A DNA stretch of 64,000 nt. Origin: Camelus ferus (lineage: Eukaryota). The stretch's first letter is position 1. Each line of letters opens with the position of its first letter. Made by a program: the position numbers and the translations under genes. Where the stretch lies: assembly GCF_009834535.1 (NCBI RefSeq), contig NC_045696.1:23810001-23874000 (forward strand), read 5' to 3'. Positions 13,307 to 27,143 of the stretch are shown one piece after another. The notes beneath the pieces are model-generated. The model did no database searches, had not been told where the DNA came from, and saw nothing but the letters and a program-made list of their open reading frames with translations.

Positions 13307-13856
13307 CATGGATGCTCCTGGAGAATGTCATTCTAAGTGAAGTAAGCCAGAAAGAGAAAGAAAAATACCATATGAGATCGCTCATATGTGGAATCTAAAA
13401 AACAAAAACAAAAACAAACAAACAAACAAAAACAAAGCGTAAATAAAGGACAGAAATAGACTCACAGACAGAGAATACAGACTTGTGGTTACCAGGGGGG
13501 TGGAGGGTGGGAAGGGATAGACTGGGATTTCAAAATTGTAGAATAGACTACACTGTATAGCACAGGGAAATATACACAAAATGTTATGATAATTCACAGA
13601 GAAAAAAATGTGACAATGAGTGTGTATATGTCCATGAATAACTGAAAAATTGTGCTGAACACTGGAATTTGACACAACATTGTAAAATGATTATAAATCA
13701 ATAAAAAATGTTAAAAAAAATAAGAAAAAGAAAAGAACCCAGTGGACAAACGATAATAAGAGGTAATTCAAAAGAAATGGTAACTGAAATAGTCAAGTGA
13801 CACACGCAAGGTACTACCTGATAGATTTTAAATAAATTTTAAAGTGTGAAAAAAAA
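13307..13856 (+). mobile_element. Young 5'-truncated L1 3' end with a 3'-transduced tail
   Basis: L1 3' UTR to about 13735, then about 110 bp of other sequence and a second poly(A); exact 13-bp TSD AAAGATTCCATAA at 13294-13306 and 13857-13869. Confidence 0.93.
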
Positions 13857-14083
13857 AAAGATTCCATAAATTATCAAAAAGCAATGTTTACTGTAAAGGC
13901 ATTGTTTTTGATGTCATTTTCTCCTCAAAATATGGAAGTGTTGGTCCAGGAGCAAAGATTGTCATACTCAATCTAAGGCCATGCCATGTATGCATGTTCC
14001 ATGGAGAGTCCCAACAGAAGAATCTTTAATATATAAGTTATAGTTAAGGACTTTGGAATTGAAACCTTAGAAACAATGTATAG

Positions 14084-14592
14084 TATGGAAGGCTGGATAA
14101 TGCCTCTCCTCACCCCCAATATGTGTCTATTTTAATCCGTGGAATTTAATCCTTGAAACAGCATATAAACTGCTGTTTTATATGCAAAAAGGCCTTTTTA
14201 GATGTAATTAAATTAAGAATTTTTAAGAAAAGATTAAGATTATCCTGGGTTATGTGGGCAGGTCTGATGTAATGTAATGTCACGCTCCTTACAGGGGAGA
14301 CCCAGGAGAGATTAAAGTCAGCGGAGAAGGCAGTGCAATGACAGAAGCAGAGCCTGGGTGCTACTCTTTGTAGACAGAGGAAGGGGCCACAAGCTAAAAA
14401 ATTGTGGATGCACGATAGAAGCTGGAAAGGAAAGAAAACTGATTCTCCCCTCAGAAAATCCAGAAGAAACCAGCCCTGCTGACCTCCTGACCTCCACCCA
14501 GTGAAACTCATTTTGGAGTTTGAACCTCTAGAGCTATAAATGAATAAATTTATGATTTTTTTTTAAAGTTTGTGGTTACTTGTTACAGTGAT
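14084..14592 (+). mobile_element. MaLR LTR (MLT1D-like)
   Basis: 'gatgtaattaaattaag', 'agattatcctgggttat', 'gattctcccctcaga', ending 'ttgttacagtgataaaaggaaactgatac'. Confidence 0.85.
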
Positions 14593-15489
14593 AAAAGGAA
14601 ACTGATACTTGTGGAAAGGACAGAAGAGGGCAGAGATAAACCCAGAGGGAGGACTCGCCTCCAGAAATAATAGTAGGAGAATGTTCTAGTGCAGAAGATA
14701 CCAGAGCAAAACCAAGAAAAAGTGGATTCACAGAAACCAAGAGAGAAAATATTTCTAGAATGGGGTTATTGGTAAGAGCTAATTAGAATTGTAGTTCATA
14801 GAACCTAAACTGGATGGGGAAGTAAGTTGTAACAAGAAGGGATGAGAGATTAGAGAGACTGCAGAGGCTGAGTGACTGGAGGTCATGTGGAGAAGCAAGA
14901 CTGACAGTGGGAGTAAGGGACTGTGACCTCTGGATGGATGTGCTTGTTGTGAGCTGAAATATGATATTAAAACATAAGAATCTGGAGGTGGGTGGTGATT
15001 CAGCAGAGAAATGTACGGGGGAGGACTGGAGCTGAGCTGGTCCACGTGCGCACTCAGCTCCAGTGTGATGGTGGGGCTTAGTGCTGAAAAGGAGGCTTGC
15101 CTTTGAGTGCCCGATTTACTGAATTTGTTTTCTTATGGAGTTATTTTACAGAGGGCAGGAATTTTCTTCTGCTTTTAAGTGGTATATTCATCTTTTCCTC
15201 TAAGATGAAGTCTTATCTTTTCATCTTGCTTAAATGCGAGTGGCTGGGTTCAAATTTTTAATTTCCTTTAAAAATTCAAGTGGCTGGCACTACACTACAC
15301 TTTCCCGATCCATTTTTCTGCACCTCCAAGCTAGAGTCTGAAAGGTGAATATTTTATGTTCTAGCTAATTTTCTGTAGTGAGGCAGTTGGGAGGAGTGAA
15401 GGTGATTATGCACACGGGAGAGCTCAGAGAAAGTGGCACATAATCCTTTTTAGAACTCAGGGCTCTGCCCTCTGTCCTGTGCCCTGAGC

Positions 15490-15551
15490 CCTCTGCCCTA
15501 TTCCAGGGTCACTCCACCTAGTAACTGTGAAACCCTGGAATAGGGCAGAGG
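15490..15551. repeat. Perfect 20-bp inverted repeat with 22-nt spacer
   Basis: CCTCTGCCCTATTCCAGGGT (15490-15509) and ACCCTGGAATAGGGCAGAGG (15532-15551). Confidence 0.95.
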
Positions 15552-18134
15552 TATCCTGTTGTTCATTTTCCCTGACTTCACCCACTTTTCTCCTGGAGTA
15601 CCTTCCATTAGTGCTCAGTCAGAAGAAAAAGATAACAATTGGATTGTCTTTGCACCATTTATACTATATTAGGGCGCACTGACAAGCTCTTTCTGAGGCT
15701 GAGGGCATAAATGAGAGCCCTTCATTCACTTCTTCCCTCTCCTCCAGAAACATTCGTTTCTTTCTTTGGACTAGTGTATTAATTTGCGTTATATTATTAT
15801 TCTCTTGTTCTTGTTTCACGACTGTTGGTGAACATTTTTTGATTTGCTTTTATTTGTGGGTTTTTTTTTTTTTTGCTCATTCTGTTTAATTTTATGGGAG
15901 GAAAATTAAACAATGCAATTGTAATGCACCATCTTAATCCAAATCCTTGTAAACAATATTTCACTGATTACTTTTACTCATTATTTAAAAAGGAAGTCCA
16001 TCTACCAAAATTATACTTGGGTTGTAGGATTAATTATTTTTATGAAGTTGAATTTATTACAGATACAGCTAAAACTAACTTGTGTTTTTAATTTCCTTAA
16101 AGTGCCTCGATTGTGTAGTGATAGTAGCAATAAACATCAAGTATACATAAGTACTTGCACCTGACAGATAATTTATAAATATTTTACATGTATTGGGAGC
16201 ATGTTTATTTATGTACAGATAATACATAGTCAGACTATCTCTACAAATAAAAATGCTGACCATACAAAGTTGTAATTCAGAGGTATTACATGTCTCTTCT
16301 CCCTTGGTTTATATTCCTCTGCATCCTTTCCCGTAATTATTTCCTTAACTCATGGCTGTCAGTTGTACTTTAAGACAAAAGCCAAGAAAATGCAGCTTCT
16401 GGTTTTGTGCCAGAAAGATTTTTCTGCCTCAGAGAAAATAATATTTCTAGCTGTATATTACCGTTTGTATCATTCTGATATCTCTAAGTTAAAAACAATC
16501 ATCTTATTCTTACTAAATTTTACATAAGCATATGTGAAATGAAAAGCTAAGCAGAGAGGTTACAATTACAGTATTGCATTAAAAATAAATGCCCAAGAGA
16601 GTTAATTCAGATGCCAATACTGTGTACAATCCATATTTAATTCAACTCAAGGTTGCCATTTAATCCTCTTTTAGTTGATTTCCCCTAGAAATGTGTGGAC
16701 GTTTCAACAAAAATTCAGTGAGACTCAAAAGAGGCTATCTGATAGGATCGTAATGAAACAAAACTATATTGTGTGTGCATGCATGTGCACACACACACAG
16801 AGTAAATAGAAATCAGCGTGGTTGGGTGACTGTGATCTTGGCAATGACTTATAGCTTGTAAGTGACTGTCATTTTGTCCTGCTTCCTCTCTTAGCACAAA
16901 ATTCTATGCATTCTAATATCTTATTCATTCTACAAAGGAATAACTAATACAAACGTTTTTCATTTATTTTTGTTGTTACAAGAAGCAAAAGAACTGCAAG
17001 ACAGCCTGATTTATTTCATTAAAATTATTTTAAATCACACTAACCAACATTAAACTGACAGCATGCGTGAGCCATAAAAAAAGATCATAAGTCATTTGGA
17101 TTAAGGTTACTTTTAAAATCCCAAAGCAGGCTCCTTCTTCCTTTATTCTCTTGGGACAGAGAAGCATTTTGTTCCTGAATATACCATCAGTACTATTTAA
17201 GTGATGCTATGCATAATAAGATGCAATTTATAAACATTTGTACCTTTCTGTCTTAGAGTATTGCTAAGTCTGGTGGAAATACATTAGTTCCTGTGCCTAA
17301 GTCCTTTGAGATCTGTAAGCATTGGTACATATGAAGCATGTTTTTATGTGGCTCTTCTATTCCTTAGGTGTGGCTGGAACACACTTAGATATGATAACCT
17401 GTGTCAGCCATAGCCAGGACTGCTGTAATTGCTCTGAAATCTTTCTGTATGCACAAGTTACTCACGTAATGTTTTGCAAATTAGAGAGCTGTAGAAAACA
17501 TTGAGCGCTATATATTGTCACTAGACAATTGATTTGAGTTTTCAGTATCCTCTGCTTGTAAGGCAATAGCCAAGTCAATGTTGAAATGTCCATCAACCCT
17601 TTCTACTTTATCCTGTTACCATAAAGCTGCGATGCCTCATTATACTGTGATCCAACATACCCCACAAATTTCTCCAGGTCAGTGCTGGATAACTGAGGGG
17701 TAAATTCACACAACTTAAGTAAGTAAAATAATTGTGATGATTCAAGATCAACTTAGTGGTCCATTGGAGCAGGAGTTGGAATGGCTGAATCCTGAAAAAA
17801 CAAAGGGAACATCTAGTTTGCTTCTATTTATTAATTAAGCGGCTACTTATGTAATTGGATATTGCACTAAGTAGTCAGTGAAATCACCTTATGTATTATC
17901 TTACTTCTAAAAGCGGTGTAGACATTGACTACTAGACTAGGAAATGATTTTGCATTTTGCTTACTAAGGTGTAAACAAAATTTCTTGCCACTTCAGTGAG
18001 TGTTTGTTTATCTAACTGAATAGTCGTATTATTTCAGCAAGAAAGGTCTACTGACCATTTCTTAAGAGGGCTTAAATATTGTAATACACGAAAACCTCTC
18101 TAGTTTACACCCAATTTGTCACTTTGACCATATT

Positions 18135-18290
18135 CTTTTTTAATACTGTTATTGAAGTATATAACTTGCATGAATTTGTAAGTGTATAGCTTGACAGAAC
18201 TTTACATATGTATACATTCATGTAACCACAAGTCTGATCGAGGTATGTAACATTTCCAGCAACCCAGAAAGTTGCCTATTTTGCAATTCC
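18135..18290 (-). mobile_element. Old L1 3' end fragment
   Basis: 'ttattgaagtatataacttgcat...gtgtatagcttgac...catgtaaccac'. Confidence 0.7.
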
Positions 18291-19077
18291 TCTGAACTTT
18301 GGAGAACAATGAGTGATAATGGGCTTTTTCTAACTCATAGGTAATTGTGAAGTCAAATGAAATTGAAGTTAAAATGTCATTGGAAAATTACAAAATCCTG
18401 CCAAAAGAGAAAGGTTTGCAGTAGCAGTAGTAATAGTTGTGAAAGATTTCCCCCAATCCAAAGATCATTCTTTCACACATTGTCTTTTTTATTACATATA
18501 AACTTGCAAAGCCTCATAGTTTAACCCCGAGTAGATCGGATCTTTCAAAACTAGATTTTCAAAAATAACAAATTTGAAAATTATGTAGAAGCAGTCAGAT
18601 TATTACCACAGGCATAGTTCATTAGCCTTTCATCTATAAAGTGTAAGCTGTTAAAAGTATTTAATTACTGCCTCTCTTCTCATGCCAACTTGCATACATG
18701 TTTGGATGTGTACAAAAAACATTGCTAAAGTATGAAAAATGATTAACATCCACCAGTGACAAACCAAGCAGTAGACTTGTGCGGTTAATGAAATTGACAT
18801 AATTTAAAGTAAAAACAAAACAAAGACAAGTCAGTTGTTGCTATTTTCTTTAAGGATTATTAGCATAGTACTGGGGTATTTTTTTAGTTTTTGTTTTTTA
18901 AACTAGGGTTAATTGTCATCATTATCACATTTTATTTTTAGGATTCTTAAAGAAAATCTGAGTAAACAGAACAAGTCAGCAGGTTGGAAAACTGTACAAT
19001 TGTTTTGAAGATTGATGGATTTAATTGGACTATTGGCATGCATTCTCTTCTTGCGTGTACTCAGTCTTACACATATA

Positions 19078-19453
19078 CAGTTGACCCTTGAACAACGCAG
19101 AGGTTGGGGAACCCACCCCCTCCCTACCCTCTCCAGAGGTGAAAATCTACCTGTAAGTTTTGACTCCCCAAAACTTAACTGCTAATAGCCTGCTGTTGAC
19201 TGGAAGCCTCACTGATAACAATCAATTAATACATACTTTGTGTAAGTATATAAATATATATACTTTTTATGAATTCATGACATACCTACCTTTTTCTGAA
19301 TTTGTTTTTTGATATTTCTAGGCTCCCCAGTTCATCTGCTAGTTTTTTCAAATTGTTGCAAAGCTCCAAAATTTTTTCCAATACATTTATTGAAAAAATT
19401 TGTGTATAAGTGAACCAGCATAGTTCAAACCTATGTTATTCAAGGATCAACTG
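19078..19453. mobile_element. Tigger2-family non-autonomous DNA transposon (TcMar)
   Basis: TIRs CAGTTGACCCTTGAACAAC ... GTTATTCAAGGATCAACTG flanked by TA on both sides (19076-19077, 19454-19455). Confidence 0.92.
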
Positions 19454-20284
19454 TATAAATAAACAAACCCACTAATTTTTTTTAAGGAAATGAGTTTATC
19501 TCCTTTACAGCGATCCATTATTTTACTGCTCTGTATGGAAAATTGTCTGTTCAGCCTCAACAAAGCATTTCACCAAATGGCAGTTTTAGCTAATGTTCCT
19601 GGGACAGTCATACATTTTTCAGCAGGTAGCTGCAGGTAACTCCAAGAGTGAAACTGCTGTGTCCCTGGCTCACCCGGGGAATCAGGTTGCTCATGATTAG
19701 ATTTATTGACATCAGCTTTCCTTTTTTCAGAGCTCCGGGATTGAACAAATATTGACGCTAAGTGTACTGAAAACATTCGCACCAAATTACAACTTACAAC
19801 TTACATAGGAAAGGATTATTGTGACAATCATGTAAAGATGATAGTTTTGAAGCAAAGCTGTTTTGTTACTCTAGGGTTATCTTTGATAATTTAAGTAGAA
19901 AGACTAATATTTCCTAAAAAAATTTAGATCTAAATTTAGTGCATATGAGAGTTGGAGTTAGTAGCATTAGTTTGAGTGTCATAGCTAGGCTGTTTGGATC
20001 TTCCTGCCCTGACTTCTTTTAATGCCCTTCAGGCCTGGCCTGAACACCCAGTCCTTGGCTTTCTGCAAGAATGCAGACTGTTAATCTTCACTAAATCTTT
20101 GCCAGTTGCTGTCAGGAGAAATGTCCACAAAGTAGAGTTATGCCTCAATTATTTAAACATATTGAAAATGATTTTAGAATTTTGACTTCCTCATAAAATT
20201 ATTTAAAATGTTAAGATAGATCATACTTATCATAGATAAATGCCACTCATCGTCATGGTTGTTATGGTTGTTATGTTAAAAAAA

Positions 20285-20460
20285 AGCCTGTATGTATTGG
20301 AGAAGCATGAAGTATTTATAGGTGAAATGTTACAATGATTGAGATTTGCTTTAAACATGTGTGACTCGGGAGATAGATGAAATAAAATTGACAAGATGTT
20401 GACACCTGAAGTATTCTCTCTACTTTTGAGTATGTTTGAAAATTTCCATAATAAAAATGT
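20285..20460 (+). mobile_element. Old L1 (L1MC/ME) 3' end
   Basis: 'gaagtatttataggtgaaatg...gagatttgctttaaa...gtatgtttgaaaatttccataataaaaa'. Confidence 0.7.
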
Positions 20461-23400
20461 GAGGAAGTTGATGATTATGATACATACAATGACGTGGATA
20501 CTATCACCTTTGGGTTCTAGATACAATGCAAACCATAATGGATGGATAATCTCAGAAGAGAGGAATTCTTTAGGTATATTATGCTCTTCCATTTAACAAA
20601 TAGAGAAGTAGCAGGTGAAATGCCTTTCTTAGGATCACAGAAAGTGGGGTCAAGGGCATTCTCTTTTTAAATTTCAGCCAATATATACTGAGCATCTTCA
20701 ATGTGCCAGGTCAAATAGTGGGTCCTGATCATACCAATGTGAATAGGGCATGTTGCAGTCCAGGGTGGAAACCACTTACACAAACAGCTACTTATAAAGT
20801 AATGTCACTAACAGGAGGGGAGGCTGTAGCATTTTTTTAGATACTGTGAATGACACGAGCAATAGTATAATGAACAAGAAATAGAATATAGCGTTAAAGG
20901 AAAAACAAGTGGTTGAGTGCTGCTAGAGTTTCAAGTGCAATGTGGGAGGAAATGAGAGCCAGTGGTGGAGAAGCAGGCAGGGAACTGAATTCTGTGGATG
21001 GGTTTTAAGGAGCGGCAGTTGGGTGGAGGATAGGTTTGAGCAGATAACACTGGAATCAGAGAAGACTGAGAGATGCCTTGGTTGTCAGTCAGGTGAGAGA
21101 CAACAGGGACTTGAACTAGATCCAGACTTTGTTGGGGGCGGGGGGTGGGGATGGGAAGAAAAGGCGATTTCAGACCAGAGTAATTTCGTAGCAATAAGAC
21201 AGTGGTAGAATGTTTATCTTCTCCTACTTCTCTTATCCTTCCTTCTCAAATCCTCTTTTTTTCCCCTTCCTTTTCCTGTCCCTCTCTTACCTTCTCCTTA
21301 CTGACTTTCCTTTGTTGGATCTTGTGCAAAGATTTAATTAAAAAAAGTTGTTTTGAAGAGTTAATATATGCTCATGGACATAGGACTCAAAACGCAAAAA
21401 GTACATAATAAAAAATGTCTCTCTTCTGCATCCCTTGCTCCTCACTGCCCGTTTCTCCTCCCTCGAGGGAGCAGCCATTGTTCCACCCGAGGCTCTTGTG
21501 CATTGCTGCAGAGTACTCTCTGCACTTACGGTTGTAAATACCCACTTGCGAAGAATTTTAGAAATAACTTGTGTGGAAATTTGTGTACATACTTGACAAG
21601 TTAATTAGCATGATAGCTGCATTAGATTAAAATCTTATTAATTAATTTGATGGGCCATTTGATTATACAGCTCTAAAAGAAAATGTAGACCTTCCAGTGC
21701 AGACAACAATGAGGTCACCAAGGATGTTCACATGACTACTCTCCATTGGAAGATGAAAAGTGTTCAGTCAAACTAGCCGAGCCCTTTCCTTTGTAGTGGA
21801 TATGAAGACTGTTAACCTAGTGTCTGTCTGGAGTCTTGATTAATTTTCAGAAAACTTCAGCAAACCGTCCTATAGCATATTAAGAAATCTGCTTGTGTAA
21901 CACCATATTACCTTGTGAAAAGGCCCCCATCTTAACTCAAAAATTAGTGAGATCATAATTTGTTTTTAAGTTTGTTTTTAAAATTAGAGACAAAGTCTTT
22001 AACGTTTATTCAGGAGTAGGTTGTGCAATTTCACAGAGTCAGACAATCCAGGTTCTATTTTCCTCTCATGTACACCACAGTGAAACCTTTACTGCAATCA
22101 TTCCTGGAAGAGCAGAATATATGATGCTTTCATAAATAATATTAGTGCATTAGTCTTCTTCCAGCTCAAGCCAGATTTTCCTGGCTGCTTATTTCCCCAG
22201 GTGGCCAGAAGAATACAATCCCTGATTTAAAAATCTGCTGGGCTTCACATACATATCTGATCAGAAGTGATGCTCTCAACTGCATAATGTTCTTGAATTT
22301 CTGCTGGTGAAATATGGTGTAGTGATTATCTAATAGGCATTAGAAAATAACCTCATACATGATTAAAATCACTGTGTCTTAATTTGTGGTTATATTTCAC
22401 TTACAAAAAAGTCTTCCTTAATAAATACTTGCTTAAGGAATAAGTCCTTTAACTCCATAACAATTTAGACCAAAAGTAATGATTATGATTACGCCATGCT
22501 CATATTCTGGCATTTTATTATGATGATTTACAGTCCTAAGCACCTAGAAGCACACTGAGAGAATTAAAGAGAATGTATATTCCTAAAAATATTAAGCACA
22601 AAATTGTTGAATTATACTTTTTCCCCCAATAGGAAGCTAGCTAGCATACTCCAGGATGCCGTAACTTTCTTATATTTCAAGTGGAAACACTCCAATTTAC
22701 TGAGTAGTCAAATAATGTTAATGATATTTTACAAAATCACTCTGTTTTTAATATGTTGGGCCTGAAATTATATTTTTAAACTTTATATGCTATGCTGAAT
22801 TATTTAATAGTACCCTCTGCACCAATTTTCTAGAATATACGTTTATCTGTTTTCTTAACTACTGTATCCCCAGCTTAGAACACGGGGAGCGCTCAATAAA
22901 TATTTTTAAGTGAACAAATACAACATTATCTATGACTATTTCTACTGGAGCACTTCTTTTTCTGTTAGAGTATTTTCTTCATCACACATTGTACATCCTT
23001 TTTCAACTTTGATTTTTTTTTTCCTTTGTTGATATAAAATAAAAACTACGTAGCATAAGGTAAGAAATAAGATTGAAAAAGATTTCGGCTTGATCATCTC
23101 ATTATATTCCAGCTGCATGAAGCCTAGCATAGAAAAATATTAACAATTTCATGGTTTCATTATTTTCTGTACCTTATTCCCCTGGTTCAAGTTGACTGTA
23201 AATATGGAAAAGCTGTAAACTGCAGCCACTCCCCAGCTCCATGTAAGAATGGATCCTAAAAAGAAAAAAAGAGAGAAAGAGTGAGCTAGGCCATTAGAGA
23301 CAGAGAGACAGAGGCAGAAGGAGATGGACCAATCCTGGAGAGAGTCCTGCCTATGTTAATAAGATTGCCATTAACGGGCCTTTTCATGCAAAGTGCCCTA

Positions 23401-24244
23401 CACTACTCTGTACAGTTCATCATAAGCTAATGAAAGAGGTGCTTTAATTAGGAAGATGATAATTGATTCAGAGGATGAGAGAAAAGGGAAAGATTCCAAA
23501 CCATCCCATATCTATACATGGAGGGACAGCTGCCAAGTGAGGGAAGTCTTGTGGGAAAGGCTAGAGAGCTGCATGACCTTACAAGTAGGAATGAAAGGAG
23601 GTGACAGTGATCTCAGTGAAGAAGCACAGCCTAGAATGTTAAGGTACCAGGGGACCTCTGCTGTGAGATATGGTATTAAGACAATTTAGCCTCTTTCAAG
23701 TTTTAGAAGAAAATCAGGTTATCTCAAATTTTAGAATCAATCACTAAAATAATCTTACACTGTTTGTCAACACTGTTGGTTTAGTCTTAAAATCTAGGCA
23801 TGGCATCCCTTAGAGAACGAAAGGTCTGTCATTTGAAATTGGGGAAAAAGAACACTCCTGCTCCAAAGGAAATATTACCGACCGTTTTGACTATCAGGAT
23901 GCTGATTACTAGCAAGAATCGTGCTTGCTTAGAATGAACAGACAGAAAATGGGATGCAGATATTACATGTGACTATAAATCAATGATACAGCATAATTCC
24001 TAGGACGCCCTTCTTTTTCATTTTGTCATTCCTTGTACTTTCTTCTCCTGGAGACCCAGAAAAATTACCTGGTACAGGAAGATACAAATATAAAGGCGAG
24101 AGGCATATAAACAAAATTTCTACTTTGGAAGGGAAGTATTGATTTTCATCTACACTTTAGTTTTATTATTCCTGCTGCAAAACAAAGGTCTCCATAGGAA
24201 TTAAGAGTGAAATTCTAGAAGTATGTTGGAGGAAGACCACTAAG

Positions 24245-24530
24245 CCAGGGCGGTTCAGAGTGTGATTCACAGCCTGGTGCCTGTCCCTCAGCTGTTACTG
24301 AGTTGCAGTGAGATAAGTACTGAGAATCAACATTTAGAAATGTTCGTAGCAATTTGAAAAAGTAAAATTTTTTTGCCTGTTGAATTTAGTGATAAAAATT
24401 TGACAATTTTTCATGGATGTCTTTTATTTCATTTTTTTTCAAGTTTTTTTTTTTTTTTTTTGCATAAGTACTGGTCTTTGATGGGTAAGAAATTAGAAAT
24501 AAATCTTTTGCCATGGATAGTTTCATAGAT
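24245..24530. mobile_element. Degenerate hAT-like DNA transposon fragment
   Basis: 'gttactgagttg...catttagaaatgtt...gcaatttg...gtactggtc...gccatggatagtt' resembles old Charlie-type MITEs. Confidence 0.35.
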
Positions 24531-24646
24531 ACTCAACTAAACTACTTTGGGGGAAAAAGTGCTTATATAATTCTTCAAATTTCATCTGAACACTTCTAAA
24601 TACTTAAGGCTTTGAGTATTATAAATTTCTATTTCTTCAGTAAGTA

Positions 24647-24975
24647 TAATGGTGGTTACATGGGCCTAGGGTTTAGGGGAAATGGGGAGGTGTTGGTCAA
24701 AAGGTGAAAACTTTCAATTGTAGATGAATAAATTCTGGGGATCTAATGCATGATGACTCTAGTTAACAATACTGTATTATATACTTGAAAGTTAGTGAGA
24801 AAGTAGATCTAAAATACTCTTACTACAAAAAATGGTAATTATATGAAGTAATGGAGGTGTGAGGTAATTCTCTGGTGGTAATCATTTTGCAATATAGGAA
24901 TGTATCAAGTCAACGTGTTGTACACCTTAACTTACATGATGTCAATTATACATCAGTAAAGCCGGAGGGAAAATT
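24647..24975 (+). mobile_element. L1MA/MB-like 3' end
   Basis: 'atggggaggtgttggtcaaaagg...gaataaattctggggatctaatg...tacttgaaa...tacaccttaa'. Confidence 0.85.
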
Positions 24976-26795
24976 AGAATCTCTGAAAAAAATTTTTGTG
25001 TCTTCTCTGCTGTTTTAAAAAAAATAAATATATTTTATGTCTGAAATGCCTTCATATATTTTGGAAAAATTAAAAAAAAATTAATCTTATGAAGTTCAGA
25101 ATTGGAACTTAGCCTGAAGGCAACATTTCACTTTTGTAGTAATAAACTTTTGTAGGCTATTGTTGCTGGAGATGGTAATAGAAGAATGGAAGACATTTAT
25201 ACTATTCTTAGTAGATGACTTGGTCATAGATTAGCTCATGGACAAATATCAACAGAGTATGTCAAGAAAAAGCTCAGCATGCTTAGTCATTGGAGTGAGT
25301 ATTGTGTCAAGAGAAGCAAACAAAACTGCAAATAGTTGGAAACTAAAGTGACTTAATCAAGTTTAAGCCAGAAATATGGGTATTTGAGCAGAAGGAAAAA
25401 TTTCAGTAGCTCATCATCGTATACCAGGTGATGAGGGAATGGATACATTTTAACAGGAAGTTTGAGAAGCCTTCAGTATCTACAGATTAACTGTCTAGTC
25501 CCGGGACCTCCGTCCCAGCCAGACTCAGGCTTGAGAGACCAGGTAGCAGATCACCCGAAACTGCTAGAATATGTTTTTGAAAACCCTGCATCCTTCCTGC
25601 CACCCTTGTTGTCCTTCATCATGTATCTTCCTATTCCTATTTTTCCTGTTCCCCTCTTCCTATTTTTGGCTCATTTTTCTCCCCGACCCAAATTCTGATG
25701 TATAAACTCACTTTTACTGTGTCCTATCCAGCATAAACAGAAATCTCTCTTTTCACCCTCAAATTCCTCATTAGGCCTCTTTACCCTGCTTCAACAGAAA
25801 CCCAACTCTTCCATATAAACGTGACTTTTCAGGTCAGGCTTGCTTTTTCCCAGATTCCACTTATGCCGACCATCTTCCTCTATTCTCAGTTCTCTGCTTT
25901 TAAACAGCATTGCATAAGCCTTATGTAGAAACTCCCACGACTTTGAGATTATTCCATCAGGTAACATCATCCTCTAACCTTGATTGTGACCATCATGTAC
26001 CAACTTCTGGGCACTTACTCTCATGCCTTCGATGATTTAGCATCCAACTCATTTTTTATACTCTCTGCTTCACACTGTGTTTGACCCTTAATTGCTCTAT
26101 TCCTTGATTACTTCATTTCCAGCCATGTTCATCTACACCTCTCTCTCGTAATCCAATACACCTAGATGTTGTCATCACTTGGAACTGTACCACTTCTGAA
26201 ACATTAAACCTGAATGCCCCGGTCTGACCACAGTTCTCCACCCACAAGCTCTCTCACTTAGTCATTCTCAGCATCCCTCTCTGACTACCTGGGGCTGGCA
26301 GTCCGTGATCCGTCTCCCTTGCTCTGTTGGTTCCTTCTGGTCATCTTTTCCTTTTCTGTCTTGCTTTGCTATCATGGGATCTCATTTCAACAATCTTTTG
26401 TCATTTTTTTTTACACCCTAGTCCCATTGCCTTTCTGTTCATTCTTCTGGCAAATGCCCGGTCCAAGCACTCCATTTCTCTACATCTTATCCCAGACGGC
26501 TGAGCTTTATTGAAGATGATCCCACAGCTATACACGCTGATGCCCAAACTCAACTTGGCCTTTAATACCTTTTCTATTTCCCTAGTGAGCTTTTTCCACT
26601 TTCTCCACAGATATTTCATTCTGTTGTACTCACCATTGGCTGATAATCTTGCCAATTTGTTCAGAGACAAAGCATAATTCCAACTTCCTACCACCAAACC
26701 TACAAACGGGTGTCCCAGGAAAGAGAAGTTATGTCCCTGGTTGAAGATTAATTCCTGTATCTGTACATGTAATCCTATCTCCTGCTTCCTAGGAT

Positions 26796-27143
26796 ACTTG
26801 ATATGACCTGAATGTTTGTGTCCCTCCCAAATCATATGTTGAGGAAATAACTCCCAGTGTGTTGGTTTTAGGAGGTACAGCCTTTAGAAGGTAATTAGGT
26901 TTGAATGAGGTCATGAGACCAGAGCCCCCATGATGAGATTAATGCTCTTATAACGCCCCTCTTCTCTCATGTGAGAACACAACAAGGAGGCTGCTGTCTG
27001 CAAGCCAGGAAGGAGGCCGGGCACCAAATCTGCCAGCACTGTGATCTTGCCTTCCCAGCCTCCAGAACCCTGAGAAATAAATGTTTGTTTATAATCTACC
27101 CCTGTCCACAATATTTTGTTACAGCAGCCTGAGCTGACTAAGG
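26796..27143 (+). mobile_element. MaLR LTR (MLT1A-like)
   Basis: 'tgaatgtttgtgtccctcccaaatcatatgttga...tgagattaatgctcttataa...ttttgttacagcagcctgagctgactaag'. Confidence 0.9.

Noticed and set aside
12586..13735. Single L1 with a twin-priming inversion
   Set aside because: The two copies cover the same 3' UTR segment and have separate TSDs
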